A stretch of 64,000 nt of DNA from contig OZ218956.1 in assembly GCA_965112735.1 (NCBI GenBank), positions 2,356,001-2,420,000 of the forward strand. Reading direction: 5' to 3'. Below, one piece after another: positions 1 through 29,060 of the stretch. A model generated the notes under the pieces. It did not search any database, was not told where the DNA came from, and saw nothing but the letters and a program-made list of their open reading frames with translations. The position numbers and the translations under genes were made by a program. The number at the start of each line of letters is the position of its first letter. Positions within the stretch are counted from its first letter, which is position 1. Source of the DNA: Phaeosaccion multiseriatum. Its lineage: Eukaryota; Protista; Ochrophyta, other classes.

Positions 1-140
1 TCCTCCCTCCCTCCCTCCTCCCTCCTCCCTCCTCCCTCCCTCCCTCCTCCCTCCTCCCTCCTCCCTCCTCCCTCTCGCCTCCCTCCCTCCTCCCCCCTCA
101 TCCCTCTCCACCCTGCCCCACCCCACCCCCCACCACACAG

Positions 141-15652
<15,512 letters not shown>

Positions 15653-16157
15653 GTGAGGCCACGCAGGTCAAGTGGTGGCGAGGGGCGGAGTGGGGAGGAG
15701 GAGTTTTGCTTGTTTGCTTTGCTTGGAGAGAGTCAAAGTCACCAATCAGGCCGGGTAGGGAAAGGAGTGAAGCGAAGGGAAAAGGGAGGGAGTGAGGGAG
15801 GAGGGCAAAGCGGAGGCAAGTTTGCCCTGAGGCTCACCTGCCTGCCCTCAGCTCAGTCCCTCCGACGGAAGGCGCCGCCCCACCCTTGTATTCAACGTCA
15901 TGTTAGAGATAATACGTGTATAGCTATGCAATATGCAGGCCACCCACAGCCAGCCAGCCAGCCAGCCAGTCCTCATGAAAATATACAAAATACCTCGTTA
16001 GCTAGAAGGACTGCATAAAAAAAAAAAAAAAATACCGCCGCGCTTCCTTTCCCGCTTCGACTCCTGCCCCTCGACCTTGCTTGTATAAAGAATAATGGGT
16101 GTGTGCTTGCCGTTCGTCATCAACCCCTCTGAGCGAGGAGGCCCTTAGCAGCCAGCC

Positions 16158-16278
16158 AGTCAGTCAGTCAGTCAGTCAGTCAGTCAGTCAGTCAGTCAGT
16201 CAGTCAGTCAGTCAGTCAGTCAGTCAGTCATTCATTCATTCATCACTCAGTCAGTCAGTCAGTCAGTCAGTCAGTCAG
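16158..16278 (+). repeat. (GTCA)n microsatellite between the convergent dynein and DNAAF9 3' ends
   Basis: Read directly from the sequence. Confidence 0.9.
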
Positions 16279-16691
16279 TTGTGGGCGAGCGTCTTTGTTT
16301 TCACAGAGACGTACTCCTTCTCGATGGACTGCTGCCAGGGTGGAGGTAGCGTATAGAGTAACAAGAGGGCGAGAAAAGGCGCCGTGAGGCTGTGAAACAA
16401 ACAGAGGCTGCCCGCACTGTAGGCAGTACCGTTTAAAGAGTTTCAGTTCAATTCCATTGTATATTTTGTGTGCCTACACCAAGCCCGCCGCCGCCAGCTT
16501 GTGTATCTTGGCGGCGACGTCGGGGCGCTGCGGTTTGTAGTACTGCAATCGGGCGGGGTCACCGCACTCCTACAGAATCTGTTGTTTGCATGGTCAGAGT
16601 CTCTCTTCCTCTCCGCCAAGGCTGTGCGGTGTTGTTTGTACCAATTACCGTATCACCAACTGTTGTGGTGCGCTGCGCTCCTTCGCCGTGC

Positions 16692-19566
16692 TTATACCGA
16701 CGCTGCTGCCGAGGCCTTGTTGAAGCTCCCAATACTCGCATTGAGGTTCGCCAAGTATTGCTGGACCAGCGCCTCAGAGTCTGAGAGAGAGGAGAGAGAA
16801 GGAGGGGAGAGAGGAGAAGAGGGGAAGAGAGAGGTGGTGGAGAGAGGGGGGGAGGGAGGGAAAAAGAGGAGGAGAAGTGGGAGGGGAAAAGAGGAGGGAG
16901 AGGGAGAGGGAGGGAGGGAGAGAGCAAGAGAGCAAGAGAGCGGCACGTAAGCTCCCGCCACGTTGAAATGAACATCGCACCACCAGAGAGATGGGGGGAG
17001 GGGGGGAGGGAGAGGGAGAGAGGTATGGAGAGAGAGAGTCCACCCCAGCCTTTGGGGTGCAAGACAACACTATCTCTAAAACTACCTCTCCTCAGGGCTT
17101 TTTGATCTCATCATCCATGTATGTCACACTAACCTGGGCGAGTGTCTCTTCTTGCTCCATCGTAGTTGAGGTAACGGGTGCCGTCGAAGAACCAACCCAC
17201 CGGCAGGGCGTCGCCAGCGTGTTCCTGCAGCACCCGCTGCACCTCCTTGTCCGTCAAAGAAGCCCTACGGTTCGTGTGTAGTTGGAGTGGGTTGGGTTGG
17301 GTTGGGTTGGGTTGGGTTGGGTTGAGTATGGTCGGGCTCTCTTCCCCTCTTCCCGCCCCTCCCCTCCCTCCCTCCCTCCCTCCCTCCCTCCCTCCCTCCC
17401 TCCCTCCCTCCCTCCCTCCCTCCCTCCCTCCCTCCCTCCTCCCTCCCTCCCTCACCTGGTCCGTTTATCCAGTACTACACACTCATCCGGAGCCGCCATC
17501 CTCAACACGTCAACCACCTCGCCAGCGCCACCTCCGTCACCATAAGGCCCCTCTGCCCCTGCCTCTGCCCCGCTCACACGCACACACACAGACACGGAGG
17601 GTCTAATGTGGTGCTCGGTGTGGTGGGTGTGGAGGTGTGGGAAGTGGCATACGGAGGAGGGGAGCCCCACAAGTGCGATGTGGGCTTGCGTGGCCTGTGG
17701 TGAGGTGAGGATGAGGGGAGGGGAGGGGAGGGGAGGGGAGGGGAGGTGAGGTGAGGTGAGGTGAGGTGAGGTGAGGTGAGGTGAAGTGAGGTGAGCTGTG
17801 GTGTGGTGTTGGTGGTACAGTGGTGCAATGGCTCTCCTCTCCTCTCTCTCTACACTTCCCTCTTCTCTCCTCTCACCGTCCCTCTCGATTTCTCCCTCTT
17901 TGTCCTCTCCTCCCCCCCTCTCTATCATCTCTCCCCTCTCTCCTCTCCCCCCTCCCGTCTCCATCCCTGCCCTCCCTCTCACCTCCAACACCGCGAACTT
18001 CCCGCTGGTCAGTCGCACGATGCCGCTGATGCTCTGCACATGCAGCGGCGCAACAGCTGTCGACGACGACGGTTTCGGCGTACTCGTGTTGGTGGCATAG
18101 ACCTCTGCTCCCTCCCCCTCCCCCTCCACCTCCCCCTTGTGCTGCTGCCGTATCACCAACTGCTGTATGCGCAACTGAAGGCGCTGGAGGGCCTCCTCCG
18201 CCACAAGCTTGTGCTGCACCTTTCGCTGGGCAAGCTCCAAGGCCCTGTTGTGCGTGTGTGTTTTTGCATGTGTGTGTGGATGGGTGGTTGCGTGTGCGTA
18301 TTTGGGTGCGTGCGTGCGTGCGTGCGTGCGTGTGTGTGTGTGTGTGTGTGCACGCGAATGTGTGTGTGCGCGTGTGTGTATGTGTGTGTGCGTGTATGTG
18401 TGTGCGTGTATGTGTGTGTTCGTGTGTGCGTGTGTGCAGGTTCGTGTGTGCGTACGTGTGTATGCGTATGGTTTAACAGAGAGAGAGCCAATAGAAAGAA
18501 AGAAAGAAAGAAAGAAAGAAAGTAAGAGACTTTTAAAAGAGTTTTGACAGAGCGATCGAAGGAACATGTTGGGTGTTGGGGGGGAAGAAGGGCACAAGGG
18601 GGTAGCGAGGGGTGTGGGGCCGGCAGAAGGCAGAAGGATTGGCAGAAGGATTGGCAGAAGGATTGGCAGAAGGATTGGCAGAAGGATTGGCAGAAGGATT
18701 GGCAGAAGGATTGGCAGAAGGATTGGGTCCAAGAGAAGGACTGTGCTCTCTCCCCAAGCGACATCTCTAACTCAACGCTCCACCCCTGGGTTCCCTTTCC
18801 CTCTTACTACCTTCGAATGCCCCTCGTCTTTGCTAAGCTCTCGTTGGTGCGGTCTTCTCTGTTTCGCGCTTCCTCGCCTGCCCACGCAGGAAGGTCTTCC
18901 AAAGCCACTGAGCCGAGAAAGCGAGAGGGGGAGAGAGAGGGGAGAGAGAGAGTGAGAGAGAGAGAGGGAAAGAGGGCGGGAGGGAGAGGGTGGGAGCGAG
19001 AGAAAGAGGGGGGAGAGGGAGAGGGAGTGAGAGAGAGAAAGAGGAGGGGAGATAGTGAGAGAGAAAGAGGAGGAGAGAGAGAGAGAGGGGGGGGGGGGGG
19101 GGGAGAGGGAGAGGGAGAGAGAGAAAGAAAAAAGGGATGTAGAGATGAGAGGTAGTGAGCGACATGAGAGACATCGGAAGAGAGGGACGTAAAGAGAGAG
19201 AGGGAAAGAAGAGATGAAGTTCACTCACTCATTCACTCACTCGCTCAAGAATACAAATCACTCACATTCACACTACTCACTTGCTCCCTCACTCACTCTG
19301 TCACTCACTCACTCACTCACTCACCGGCTTGCTGCTTGGCGTCAGGGAGGAGCGCTCTGAGGCATTGCAAAAGCCTCTCCACGTCCACCGCCGCGGGAAA
19401 GGACTGGTGCTGCTGTATCTCCAACTGCTGCTGCTGCTGCTGCTCCGGGTGTGCCGCAGGCAGAGCTGAGAAGCTCAGACTCGCCCAGTCTCGGCCGAGC
19501 CGCTGTCTACGGATCTGCGTGGGGGGCAAAGGGGCACAGGCAGACAGAAAGGCAGACACGCAAACA

Positions 19567-19598
<32 letters not shown>

Positions 19599-19855
19599 CA
19601 TCGTAGAGGGAAGTAGCAAAGTGGTTAGGGGAAGCAGGGGGGAGGCAGGGACAAGCCTGGCTGGGGTGGACAGGTCAAGCGATCGATGTGTAAACAGGGG
19701 TGGCTTGGAAGACACACATCCTCTCGCAGCAGCAGCAGCAGCAGCAGTGGCTGCAGCAGAAGCGGTATTTGGTGACACAGCAGACCAGAGGAGACATCTC
19801 ACCCGCATGCATGCACGCACGCAGGCACGCACACACGCACACACGCACGCACACA

Positions 19856-19898
<43 letters not shown>

Positions 19899-20002
19899 GC
19901 GCACTTCGTCAGTCAGTCAACCGTGCGCCCACCCACCCACCCACCCCCTTGCAACCACCCAACACAAGCCTCCCACCCCTCCAAGCCGTATATCCACCCG
20001 CC

Positions 20003-20043
<41 letters not shown>

Positions 20044-23000
20044 TCAGCATGCCCTCCTTGTCAAAGTCCCCCTTGCTGAGCAGGGCCTGCACCGCCTCCA
20101 TGTCAGATTGCACCACATGGCCGGGCAGGATCACTCCACCAGGATTACGCTGCCGCAGTCGAAGACGAAGGCGAGTCAGGAGAGACTCAGAGGGCGAGGG
20201 CCCATCCACGGCCATCCCCATCCTCTTCATCCTCGCTTTGTTGTGCGCTTTGTCTTCGTCGTCCTTGTCGTTGTCATGTTGGGTAAGGACAGTGTTGCAA
20301 GTCCAGCCTGCTTCGCACTGAGAGAAAACCCCCTTCCTCCATGTTAGAGCGCTCAGCCTGCAGGCAGGCAGGGAGGGAGGCAGGGAGGGAGGGAGGTGAG
20401 GCGAAGGCAAGAGAGAGCGAGGGGAGGAGAGACGGAGGGAGGGGGCAAGCGTCAACGTGTATCCCGCCTCCTTTTCGATCTTCTTCTTCTTCTTCTTCTT
20501 CTTCTTCTTCTTCTTCTTCTTCTTCTTCTTCTTCTTCTTCTTCTTCTTCTTCTTCTTCTTCTTCTTCTTCTTCTTCTTCTTCTTCTTCTTCTTCTTCTTC
20601 TTCTTCTTCTTCTTCTTCTTCTTCTTCTTCTTCTTCTTCTTCTTCTTCTTCTTCTTCTTCTTCTTCTTCTTCTTCTTCTTCTTCTTCTTCTTCTTCTTCT
20701 TCTTCTTCTTCTTCTTCTTCTTCTTCTTCTTCTTCTTCTTCTTCTTCTTCTTCTTCTTCTTCTTCTTCTTCTTCTTCTTCTTCTTCTTCTTCTTCTTCTT
20801 CTTCTTCTTCTTCTTCTTCTTCTTCTTCTTCTTCTTCTTCTTCTTCTTCTTCTTCTTCTTCTTCTTCTTCTTCTTCTTCTTCTTCTTCTTCTTCTTCTTC
20901 TTCTTCTTCTTCTTCTTCTTCTTCTTCTTCTTCTTCTTCTTCTTCTTCTTCTTCTTCTTCTTCTTCTTCTTCTTCTTCTTCTTCTTCTTCTTCTTCTTCT
21001 TCTTCTTCTTCTTCTTCTTCTTCTTCTTCTTCTTCTTCTTCTTCTTCTTCTTCTTCTTCTTCTTCTTCTTCTTCTTCTTCTTCTTCTTCTTCTTCTTCTT
21101 CTTCTTCTTCTTCTTCTTCTTCTTCTTCTTCTTCTTCTTCTTCTTCTTCTTCTTCTTCTTCTTCTTCTTCTTCTTCTTCTTCTTCTTCTTCTTCTTCTTC
21201 TTCTTCTTCTTCTTCTTCTTCTTCTTCTTCTTCTTCTTCTTCTTCTTCTTCTTCTTCTTCTTCTTCTTCTTCTTCTTCTTCTTCTTCTTCTTCTTCTTCT
21301 TCTTCTTCTTCTTCTTCTTCTTCTTCTTCTTCTTCTTCTTCTTCTTCTTCTTCTTCTTCTTCTTCTTCTTCTTCTTCTTCTTCTTCTTCTTCTTCTTCTT
21401 CTTCTTTCTTCCTTCTGTACCTCCCTCCGTCCCTCCCTACTCCTCGTCCCTACGCCCTCGCTCACCTCCCGGCCTTGCCCCTTCCTCCCCTCCGTCCGTC
21501 CCTCCTTCTCCTCCTCCCGGCTCCCTCACCGACCTTCCTGCCTCGTCCTTTCCCTCCCCTCGCTCCACGCTAAGCCCCACACGCAGGCACTGCGTGAGGT
21601 TTGTGACTCGCAGTTTCTGGCCCTCCGAAAGCACTACGCCGTTGACCATGTGGCACACCGAAATCGCATCCACATCCCCCGATACTGCAATCAGAACTCT
21701 TCCCTTGAAGTGACTCGAGTGCCCCTTCTCCTTCTTCTGCTCCGCACTACCACCCGCAGCAGCAGCAGCTGCAGAAGTTGGTGATACAGAACGAGCTGGG
21801 CCAATACTGCCCTCCAACTGCCGCACAATCTCCCGCATGTGGAGGGTTGCATCGAATCCTCCTCGCAGGCCCCCCTCCCCTCTCTTCTCCTTCTCTTCTC
21901 CCCACTGGGCGCTGCCACTGCTGCTGCTACTACTACTGCTGCTGCTGGTGGTGGTGGCGGCAGACACATTAAGCAGCAGTGCGAGATGACACATCTCTCT
22001 GTCCTCCTGAAGAAACGCCGCTAGCCGAGCCGCCAGAGACAGCACCCCGCTCCCAGGGAGGCCGAGCAGAAGGGTTACGGTCACGGTTACAGAATCAGCG
22101 GATTCGGTTTCAGGCCTGTCGAGGAGAGATTAGAGAGGAGAGGGGAAGATTGAGAGAGAAGAGGGGGGAAAGGAGAGAGGGGACAAAGAAGTACGCCGTT
22201 GGGAGGGCCCGAAGAGTATTAGGGACAGCGGAAAGGACAGGAACGACGATTGTTCACCTTCCTCTTTCCTTGTTTCTTTCTTTCCTTCCGTTCTTGCTCC
22301 TCCCTCCTTCCCCCCTTTCTTTGTTCGTTCCAGCCTATCTTCCTTCCTTCCTTCCCTCCTCCATTCCTTCCTTTTCTCCTTTGTTCGTTCCATCCCATCT
22401 TCCTTCCCTCCTTCCTTCCTTCCTTCCTTCCTTCCTTCCCTTAAGAAGGAGGAGTACCGTTGTGAGTGCTGTACCGACCATAACTTCATCCCTGTTATAC
22501 CTAATATAACATCGTTCCTCGCCCACACTTTCCCGCGCTTTCCCCTCCCTTCCCCTCCACTCCCCTCCCCTCCCTTCCCCTCCCCCCCCCTCTACTCCCC
22601 TCCACTCCCCTCCACACCCCTCCATTTCTCCTCACTCCTCTCCACTATCTCTCTCTCTCTCCCCTCTCACCTGCGAGAGCACGCATCCATCTGCCTGTAC
22701 TGTCCCATGTGAGCTGTTGTGTCCCTGTCCAGACAAACCTGCGCCGCATTCCAAGCCAACGCATGGGCCTCCCACCGCCCTCCTCCTCCTCCTCCTCCTC
22801 CTCCTCCTCCTCTGCCCTCCTCCTCTTGGTAGAGCAGATGGTCAGCCTCGGAGTCCGCGCGGTGCAGACAAGAAGGCTCCACTCCCTCTGCCGCCAACGC
22901 CATGTGGCTCAGCCCCGGAAAGGCGTCGGACTCTCTTGTCATGAGGGGTGGGAGCAGCAGCTTCCCGCCCCCCCCCCCCTCCTCCTCCTGCTCCTCCCTC

Positions 23001-23674
23001 CCCTGCTCCTCCACCTCTTCCACTCTCTCCCTGGTACCGTCGCTCTCGAATGCGGCGCTAGGGTCGATACTGCTCCGCCATTGAGGCAACAGCCCGAGCA
23101 CGGTCTGTGCCAGCAGGGATCCGACGGGCAATACAAGAGCCACCACTGACTTCTTCCCCTGCTGTATCACCAGCTGCGACCCCTTCCCCTTCCCCTGCTG
23201 CTGCTGCTTGCCTCCTGGTAGTGGATTCTGCTGCTGTAGAAACAGCGAGGGGGGCAGAGTGGCTGTGAGTGCGTTGGTGTGAAGGAGAGGATGTTCCACT
23301 GCCGCCCCTCCCTCGCCGTCCGTATCGTCAAAGCCTGGCCCCTCCGAGCCGGCTTTAGGCGTGGGCAGAAGCTCAATGACGAGCAGCAAACGGCCTCTCC
23401 CCTCCCTTCTCCTTCCTCTTCCCTTGTCCTGACTGCTGTACCCGCCGTAGCCACCACGGGAGGAGGAGGAGTCGCCTCCGTCGTCAGACAGTACTTTGCA
23501 GCTCCTCACGTGTGTGGCAAAAGACACAACGAGGGGAAGCACCCCTGTCTGCACCAGCGCAAAGCCCTTGGAGAAGAGTTGGAGCTTGCCCCGCAGGGAG
23601 GGGAGCAACGGAGAGTCCAATAGCAGGCAGGCCGACAAGAGAGATGAGGAGGAAGATGAGCCCCCGCCGCCACC

Positions 23675-23705
<31 letters not shown>

Positions 23706-24371
23706 TTGCCCCCAAGACCGGTGATCTGGTTGCCCAGGGAGAGCGTTTCGTGGGCGTGGAAGGAGTCTCGCAGGGCTCGGGTGAGAAAGTCCTGCTTGGC
23801 CTCCTCTTGCTGCCCACAGCCGCTCCACACTCGGGTCAGAGGCACCACACTCTCAGAGGTCAGTGGAATGACCCACTTGCTCCAGCTGCTGCTCGTGCTA
23901 TTGCTGTTGCTGCTGCTCGTGCTATTGCTGTTGCTGCTGTTGCTGCTGTTGCTGCTGGTGGTCGCACTCGTCGCCTCTCTCTCGGCAGGTAGCAGCGCGA
24001 TGGAGTCTCCAATCGCCACGCACACGCCTGCACCCGTACCCTCATCTGCCCCGCCCCCGTCCAGCCCCTCCCTCCTTCTCTGCAGACTGGCCCTTAAATA
24101 GAGGAAACAGCCGTGCCTGCGCATCGCATCGTCGGTCTGAGCCGCTTTGCAGCAGTCAAAGGCGAACACCTGCACCATCGGCTTCCATCGGGACTGCAGT
24201 CGAGTGTCCCAGCCTGACCCTGACCCTGACCCTGACCCTGACCCTGATCCTGACGACGGCGCTACGGCGGAGACTTGTTGCGAAGCCTGATCAAGCTGAG
24301 CCTGAAGGCGGGCACAGGCAGAGGCCTCCATTTCGCTGAGCGAAGAGCAGCTGTGGGTAAGCGGCACGCAG

Positions 24372-24404
<33 letters not shown>

Positions 24405-26252
24405 AGGAAGGAAGGAAGGAAGGAAGGAAGGAAGGAAGGAAGGAAGGAAGGAAGGAAGGAAGGAAGGAAGGAAGGAAGAAAGGGAAGCAGAAAGTAAGTG
24501 AGGAAGAGGGGGAGGGAGAGAGAGGCTGAGGCGAGCCAGTGGCGGTCTAGAATAGTGACCAAGAGATGTATACGATAATACTACTTCATGTAGGAGTTGT
24601 ACATATATATATATGTAGAGAGAGAAGATGGCAGCCTACGCTAATGCCTGCCCTTGTCGCCTCCCCGCCCGATGCTACTCTCTCTCTCTCACACACACTC
24701 TCTTATCTCCCCCGCTCCTCCCCCTTCTCCCCCTCACGTACGCACACACATTCACTCACTCACTCACTCACTCACCCCGCCGTGGCTTCTCCAAGCAGAG
24801 GGAGGGCTTGAGAAAGTAGTGCGTAGGCCTGCATCAGCTCTTCCACCTGCTCGCCCTGGCTACTCAGGAAGAAGGTGCGACATAGGCAAAGGCCTATGGG
24901 CGGGGAGAAGGGAAGGAAGAGGGGGGGGGGCGGGGAGTAGAAAGAAGCATGTTGTGGGAGAGGGTGAAGTCAGGAGGCAGAGTGGGGGGCGCTGTTTTGA
25001 TTCAATCCCGATGCGCAGAGGTGGGACGAGGGAGGACGGGAGGGAGGCCACGAAGGCCCTCCTCAGGTCCAGAGTACAGAGCACCTGACACCTGATACCT
25101 GACACCTGACACCTGATACCTGACACCTGATACCTGACACCTGATACCTGATACCTGACACCTGACACCTGATACCTGACACCTGATACCTGATACCTGA
25201 CACCTAACACCTGACACCTGACACTTGATACCTGACACCTGACACCTGACACCTGACACCTGACACTTGATACCTGACACCTGACACCTGACACCTGACA
25301 CCTGATACCTGACACCTGATACCTGACACCTGACACCTGATACCTGACACCTGGCACCTGACACCTGGCACCTGATACCTCATGTCCATCCATCTATGCA
25401 TCCATCCACCCATCCATCCCCCCATCTATTGTCACGTACGCCTACCTGTGGAGGGCTCTACGGCCTCCACCACCATGTGCAGGGCCGCCTTGGAAGGGTC
25501 TTCACTGTCTCCCACCGTCACTTCCTCCTCCTCCTCCCCCCCCTCCTCCTCGGTGGACGAAGGAGAAGGAGGAGGCGGCGAAGAAGAGGGCTGCAGCAGC
25601 AGGGCAGAGCGGTCTCCGAAGAGCACCTGAAAAGCGACGATGGTGCACGAACGGCTCAGCAACGGTCGGGCATCGCTCGGTAGGGAAGGTTATTCTTTCG
25701 GCCCTTTCGTCTCGTACGTCTTGCTCCCTCTCTCCGAATCTTTCTCCCTCCGCCCCGCTTCTGTCGTTCTCCCTCTCTCTGCCCGTACGCCTTCATCCCT
25801 ATGTGACTGTGTGACTGTGTGACTGTGTGACTGTGTGCATACGCCTCCTCATCTCTCTCTCTCTCCTGGCTCACCTTGGGCTGAAGGGGCAACTGAGATG
25901 GCGGCAGGAAGGCTGCAGATAGATGGATGGATGGATAGATGGATAAATGTGGATAAATGGATAGATGGACCGATAGATAGATGATAGGTAGAGAGATAAA
26001 TAGGTAGATAGATAGATGGATGGATGGATAGACAGACAGATTGATGGATGGATGGATAGACAGACAGACAGATAGATAGGTAGACAGATGGATAGATAGA
26101 TAGGTAGATATATGGATGGATGGACGGATGGATGCATGGAGGATGGATGGATAGATGGATAGATGGATAGAGAGACAGACAGATAGAGAGATAGATCGAT
26201 AGATAGGTAGATAAATGTATGGATGGATAGATGGATAGATGGATAGACAGAC

Positions 26253-26298
<46 letters not shown>

Positions 26299-29060
26299 TT
26301 AGATAGATAGATGGTCATATGCAGATGCAATGCACAGAGGACAGGGAGACGGGGCAGGGACAGGGGTAGTTGGAGGGAATAGCGGAACAGCGCCGTAATC
26401 GCAGAGCCGCAGAAGGGCGTTGCGAGCGCAACACACACGCACAAACAATAACAACACATACACACACATATATACACACGTAAATGAAACATGTATATAT
26501 ATGTAATACATATATATACATTATATGTAATATACATATATATATATATATATATGTACGCCCACACGCACACACACACACACGCGAACGCACGCTCACA
26601 TACACATACGCGCACACACACGGACACACACACGCACACACACACGCACACATGCGCGCACACACACACACACACACCTGCGGAGGCGTCCTCCCCCTCG
26701 TCCTGCATGACGCCAAAGTCGAAGAGGAGCTGCAGAGGCTCGCGCACAGCACGCTCCGAGACGCGCAGGCGGGTCAGGCCCGAGGAGGAGGGTGATTGCT
26801 CCAGCACGTGCTGCACCGCCTGAGGAAGGGGGGGATTGCGGGGGAAGAAGAGGCAGGGGCATTGCATGGGGCAGGGGCAGCAGTTGGTCATACAGAGGCA
26901 CGGGCAGAGGCAGGGGCAGGGCAGGGTCAGGGTCAGGCACGGGCAGAGGCAGGGGCAGGGCAGGGTCAGGGTCAGGGGTTCCTCCGTCCTGACCCCCACC
27001 CACCTCCATGTGGTGATGGAGTGCCGTGCAGCCCGTGCTGATGGCCGCCTCGATGGCCAGTGCATCTACACTCCCCAGCACCTTGGAAAGAGAGGGGCAC
27101 ACATCTGAGCAGAAGAGGCAGATGGCCGACGGGCAGGTGGATATAGGCAAGCACGCAGCAGGGGGTTAGGCAAGTAGGTTGGAGTTTTTTGGGGTGTTCA
27201 GACACCCAACTTATGTTAGGATGGACGGGTGGATGGACAGCAGTGGATACATATGGATGGGTGGATGGGGGGATGATGGGCAACAGGGGGGGGTAGGACC
27301 TCACTGACTCACTGACTCACTGACTTACTGGCTTACTGACTTACTGACTTACTGACTAACCTACGACGCTGTACTTCATGGTAAAGAAGCCCCCCCCCCC
27401 CGGCTCTCCTTTGGGGACATGGGTACCCTGTCGTTGAGGTTGGGCATCCTCCAGTGCGAACGCCTGCACGAGGGGCCACATCTCGAGATCACTGCGAGGA
27501 GCGCCAAGATTCACACGGATGGGTGCGTAAGACGTGACGTGGTACCATAATCATCATCGTAGGCTATGCAGGTTGAGGAGGATAGAGAGCGGTGGGGGCA
27601 GGAGGGCCTCCCCACCTCTCGCTTACGTACGCCCTCATGCATGCACGTACACGCACGCACACACACTCACAAACTTACGTAAAGTCGTCGAATCCGATGG
27701 GCAGGGGCACGCCGAAGACGCCCTTACGCCCCCCGGGGAAGGAGGAAGGATGCATGACCTCTCGCACGAGGCGCTTAAAGCTCGAGATCTGTGGGCAGGG
27801 GGGGGGGGAGTGGTGAGGCGTGGTGGGGGAGAGTCATCAATATCCGCTTGACATCATTGTACATCCACCCCAAAACTTCACAGTTGGCACATCCACTCTA
27901 ACCCCCTCACTCCTGCCTCCCACTCACCTTGTGCCTCTCGAAAAGCTCGACATCTTCCTCGTCCTCCGGCCAAAGACAATACTCGCGCACATTGGGCCAG
28001 AGGGAGACAATGGGCTCGACAAGGCTGCGAGCCGCAGAGCTGTAGTTATGCCAATGCCGTGCCCGGGTAGTGCATTTGCGTGGGTACGTGCGTGTGTGTG
28101 TGCGCATGTGTATGTGTGTGTGTATGTTGGTGGGTGGGTGGGTGGGGAGGTGGTGTGAGAGAGGCGCCGGCGGAAGGACGCAAAGAATGAAAGAAAAATG
28201 CCAACAAATGAGGAGGGGAGCGAGAACCGGGCTGAGATGGCTCGAATGGTGGGGAGGGGGGGGGGGGCTGCGGGAGAGCAGCGGCAGAGCAGTGTGACTG
28301 CCTCGGTTTTCAAAGGGGAGAGAGTCGAAGACAGGTGGTGTTGGGATGCATGTAGTCCACATCCGGGTGAAAGCCAAAGACAACGCGAAGAGCGCTGTTT
28401 TGATGGCTGCCCTGGTGTGAGTTCGGGAGCTGCCTGGGGGCTGCCTGGGGCTCACTGGGCTACGGTGATGAATACTGGAGTTCGCTGCTCCACCTTCTCC
28501 GTACACTTACGTGTAGAGAATGGCCACGCACTCTCTCTGGATAAGCAACACGCAGTCCTCCAGGGCGCTGTCCTCAAGGCTGAACTCCCAGTTTCGCAAC
28601 TGCCTACCTTCATGGACAAGAAAAGGTTGGGGGCAAAAAAAAGGGGGGGGGACAATCAGGGGGAAGTGGAGAGAGAGGGAGATGTGTCTACTTACACCGC
28701 TTCCTCTGACACCACTTGGTGTGTACTTCCTCTCACCCGTGGCCCCCTGAAACAGGTATTTGACAATGGCCTGGCCTCCAGGGTTGAAGCGCCCATCCGC
28801 TCCGGTGATAAGCAGCAGAGCGTCGGGGAGACCTGCCGATGGAATCGCAATTGGCGTCGTTCGACGTGGGGGGAGCAATGAGAACATAGATATGGGGTCA
28901 CGGGAAGAAAAAAAAAATAGAAAGGCTGATGAGAGGCGATGTTAATCGATTGACATGTCTCACCATCCGCCCCTGCGTCTGCAGTGCAAAGTTCCTGGAG
29001 CGTCTTGAGGCGGAGGGCGGAGGCTGCCGCGACATGCTCCTTTGGGTTTGGGTAATGCAT
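16692..29060 (-). CDS. DNAAF9: DNAAF9 / Shulin / C20orf194 homologue (dynein axonemal assembly factor 9), roughly 18-20 exons
   Basis: Collinear motifs match the family as I recall it: SALRLKTLQ; [23 protein letters not shown]; [11 protein letters not shown]; [21 protein letters not shown]|ISSFKRLV; [23 protein letters not shown]; [10 protein letters not shown]; [12 protein letters not shown]|LCLCRTFFL; [15 protein letters not shown]; CobW-like [11 protein letters not shown]; [15 protein letters not shown]; [19 protein letters not shown]|[17 protein letters not shown]. Junctions checked at 27361/27104, 25446/24893 and 17134/16780 are in phase. Several internal exon borders are approximate. 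Confidence 0.85.
18630..18726 (+). repeat. 12-bp tandem repeat (GGCAGAAGGATT)x8, intronic
   Basis: Read directly from the sequence. Confidence 0.9.
20479..21406 (-). repeat. Pure (GAA/TTC)n tract, ~310 triplets, in a DNAAF9 intron
   Basis: Uninterrupted TTC on the + strand, between the exons encoding ..VTNLTQCL.. and ..[14 protein letters not shown].. Confidence 0.97.
25083..25380 (-). repeat. 7-bp tandem array (TCAGGTR)n, ~42 units, in a DNAAF9 intron
   Basis: + strand units are ACCTGAC/ACCTGAT; the array lies inside intron 25445-24894. Confidence 0.92.
25917..26312 (+). repeat. Mixed (TAGA/TGGA/CAGA)n microsatellite, intronic
   Basis: Read directly from the sequence. Confidence 0.9.

Noticed and set aside
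16017-16032. A16 run as a retroposon tail
   Set aside because: No target-site duplication or element body is visible; it is a simple homopolymer in the 3' intergenic region.
18630-18726. 12-bp array as CRISPR-like or coding (ILLP) repeat
   Set aside because: It has no spacers, sits in a eukaryotic intron and is an ordinary minisatellite.
20341-21784. PolyS, polyL, polyF and polyR ORFs
   Set aside because: They are reading frames of the intronic (TTC)n tract.
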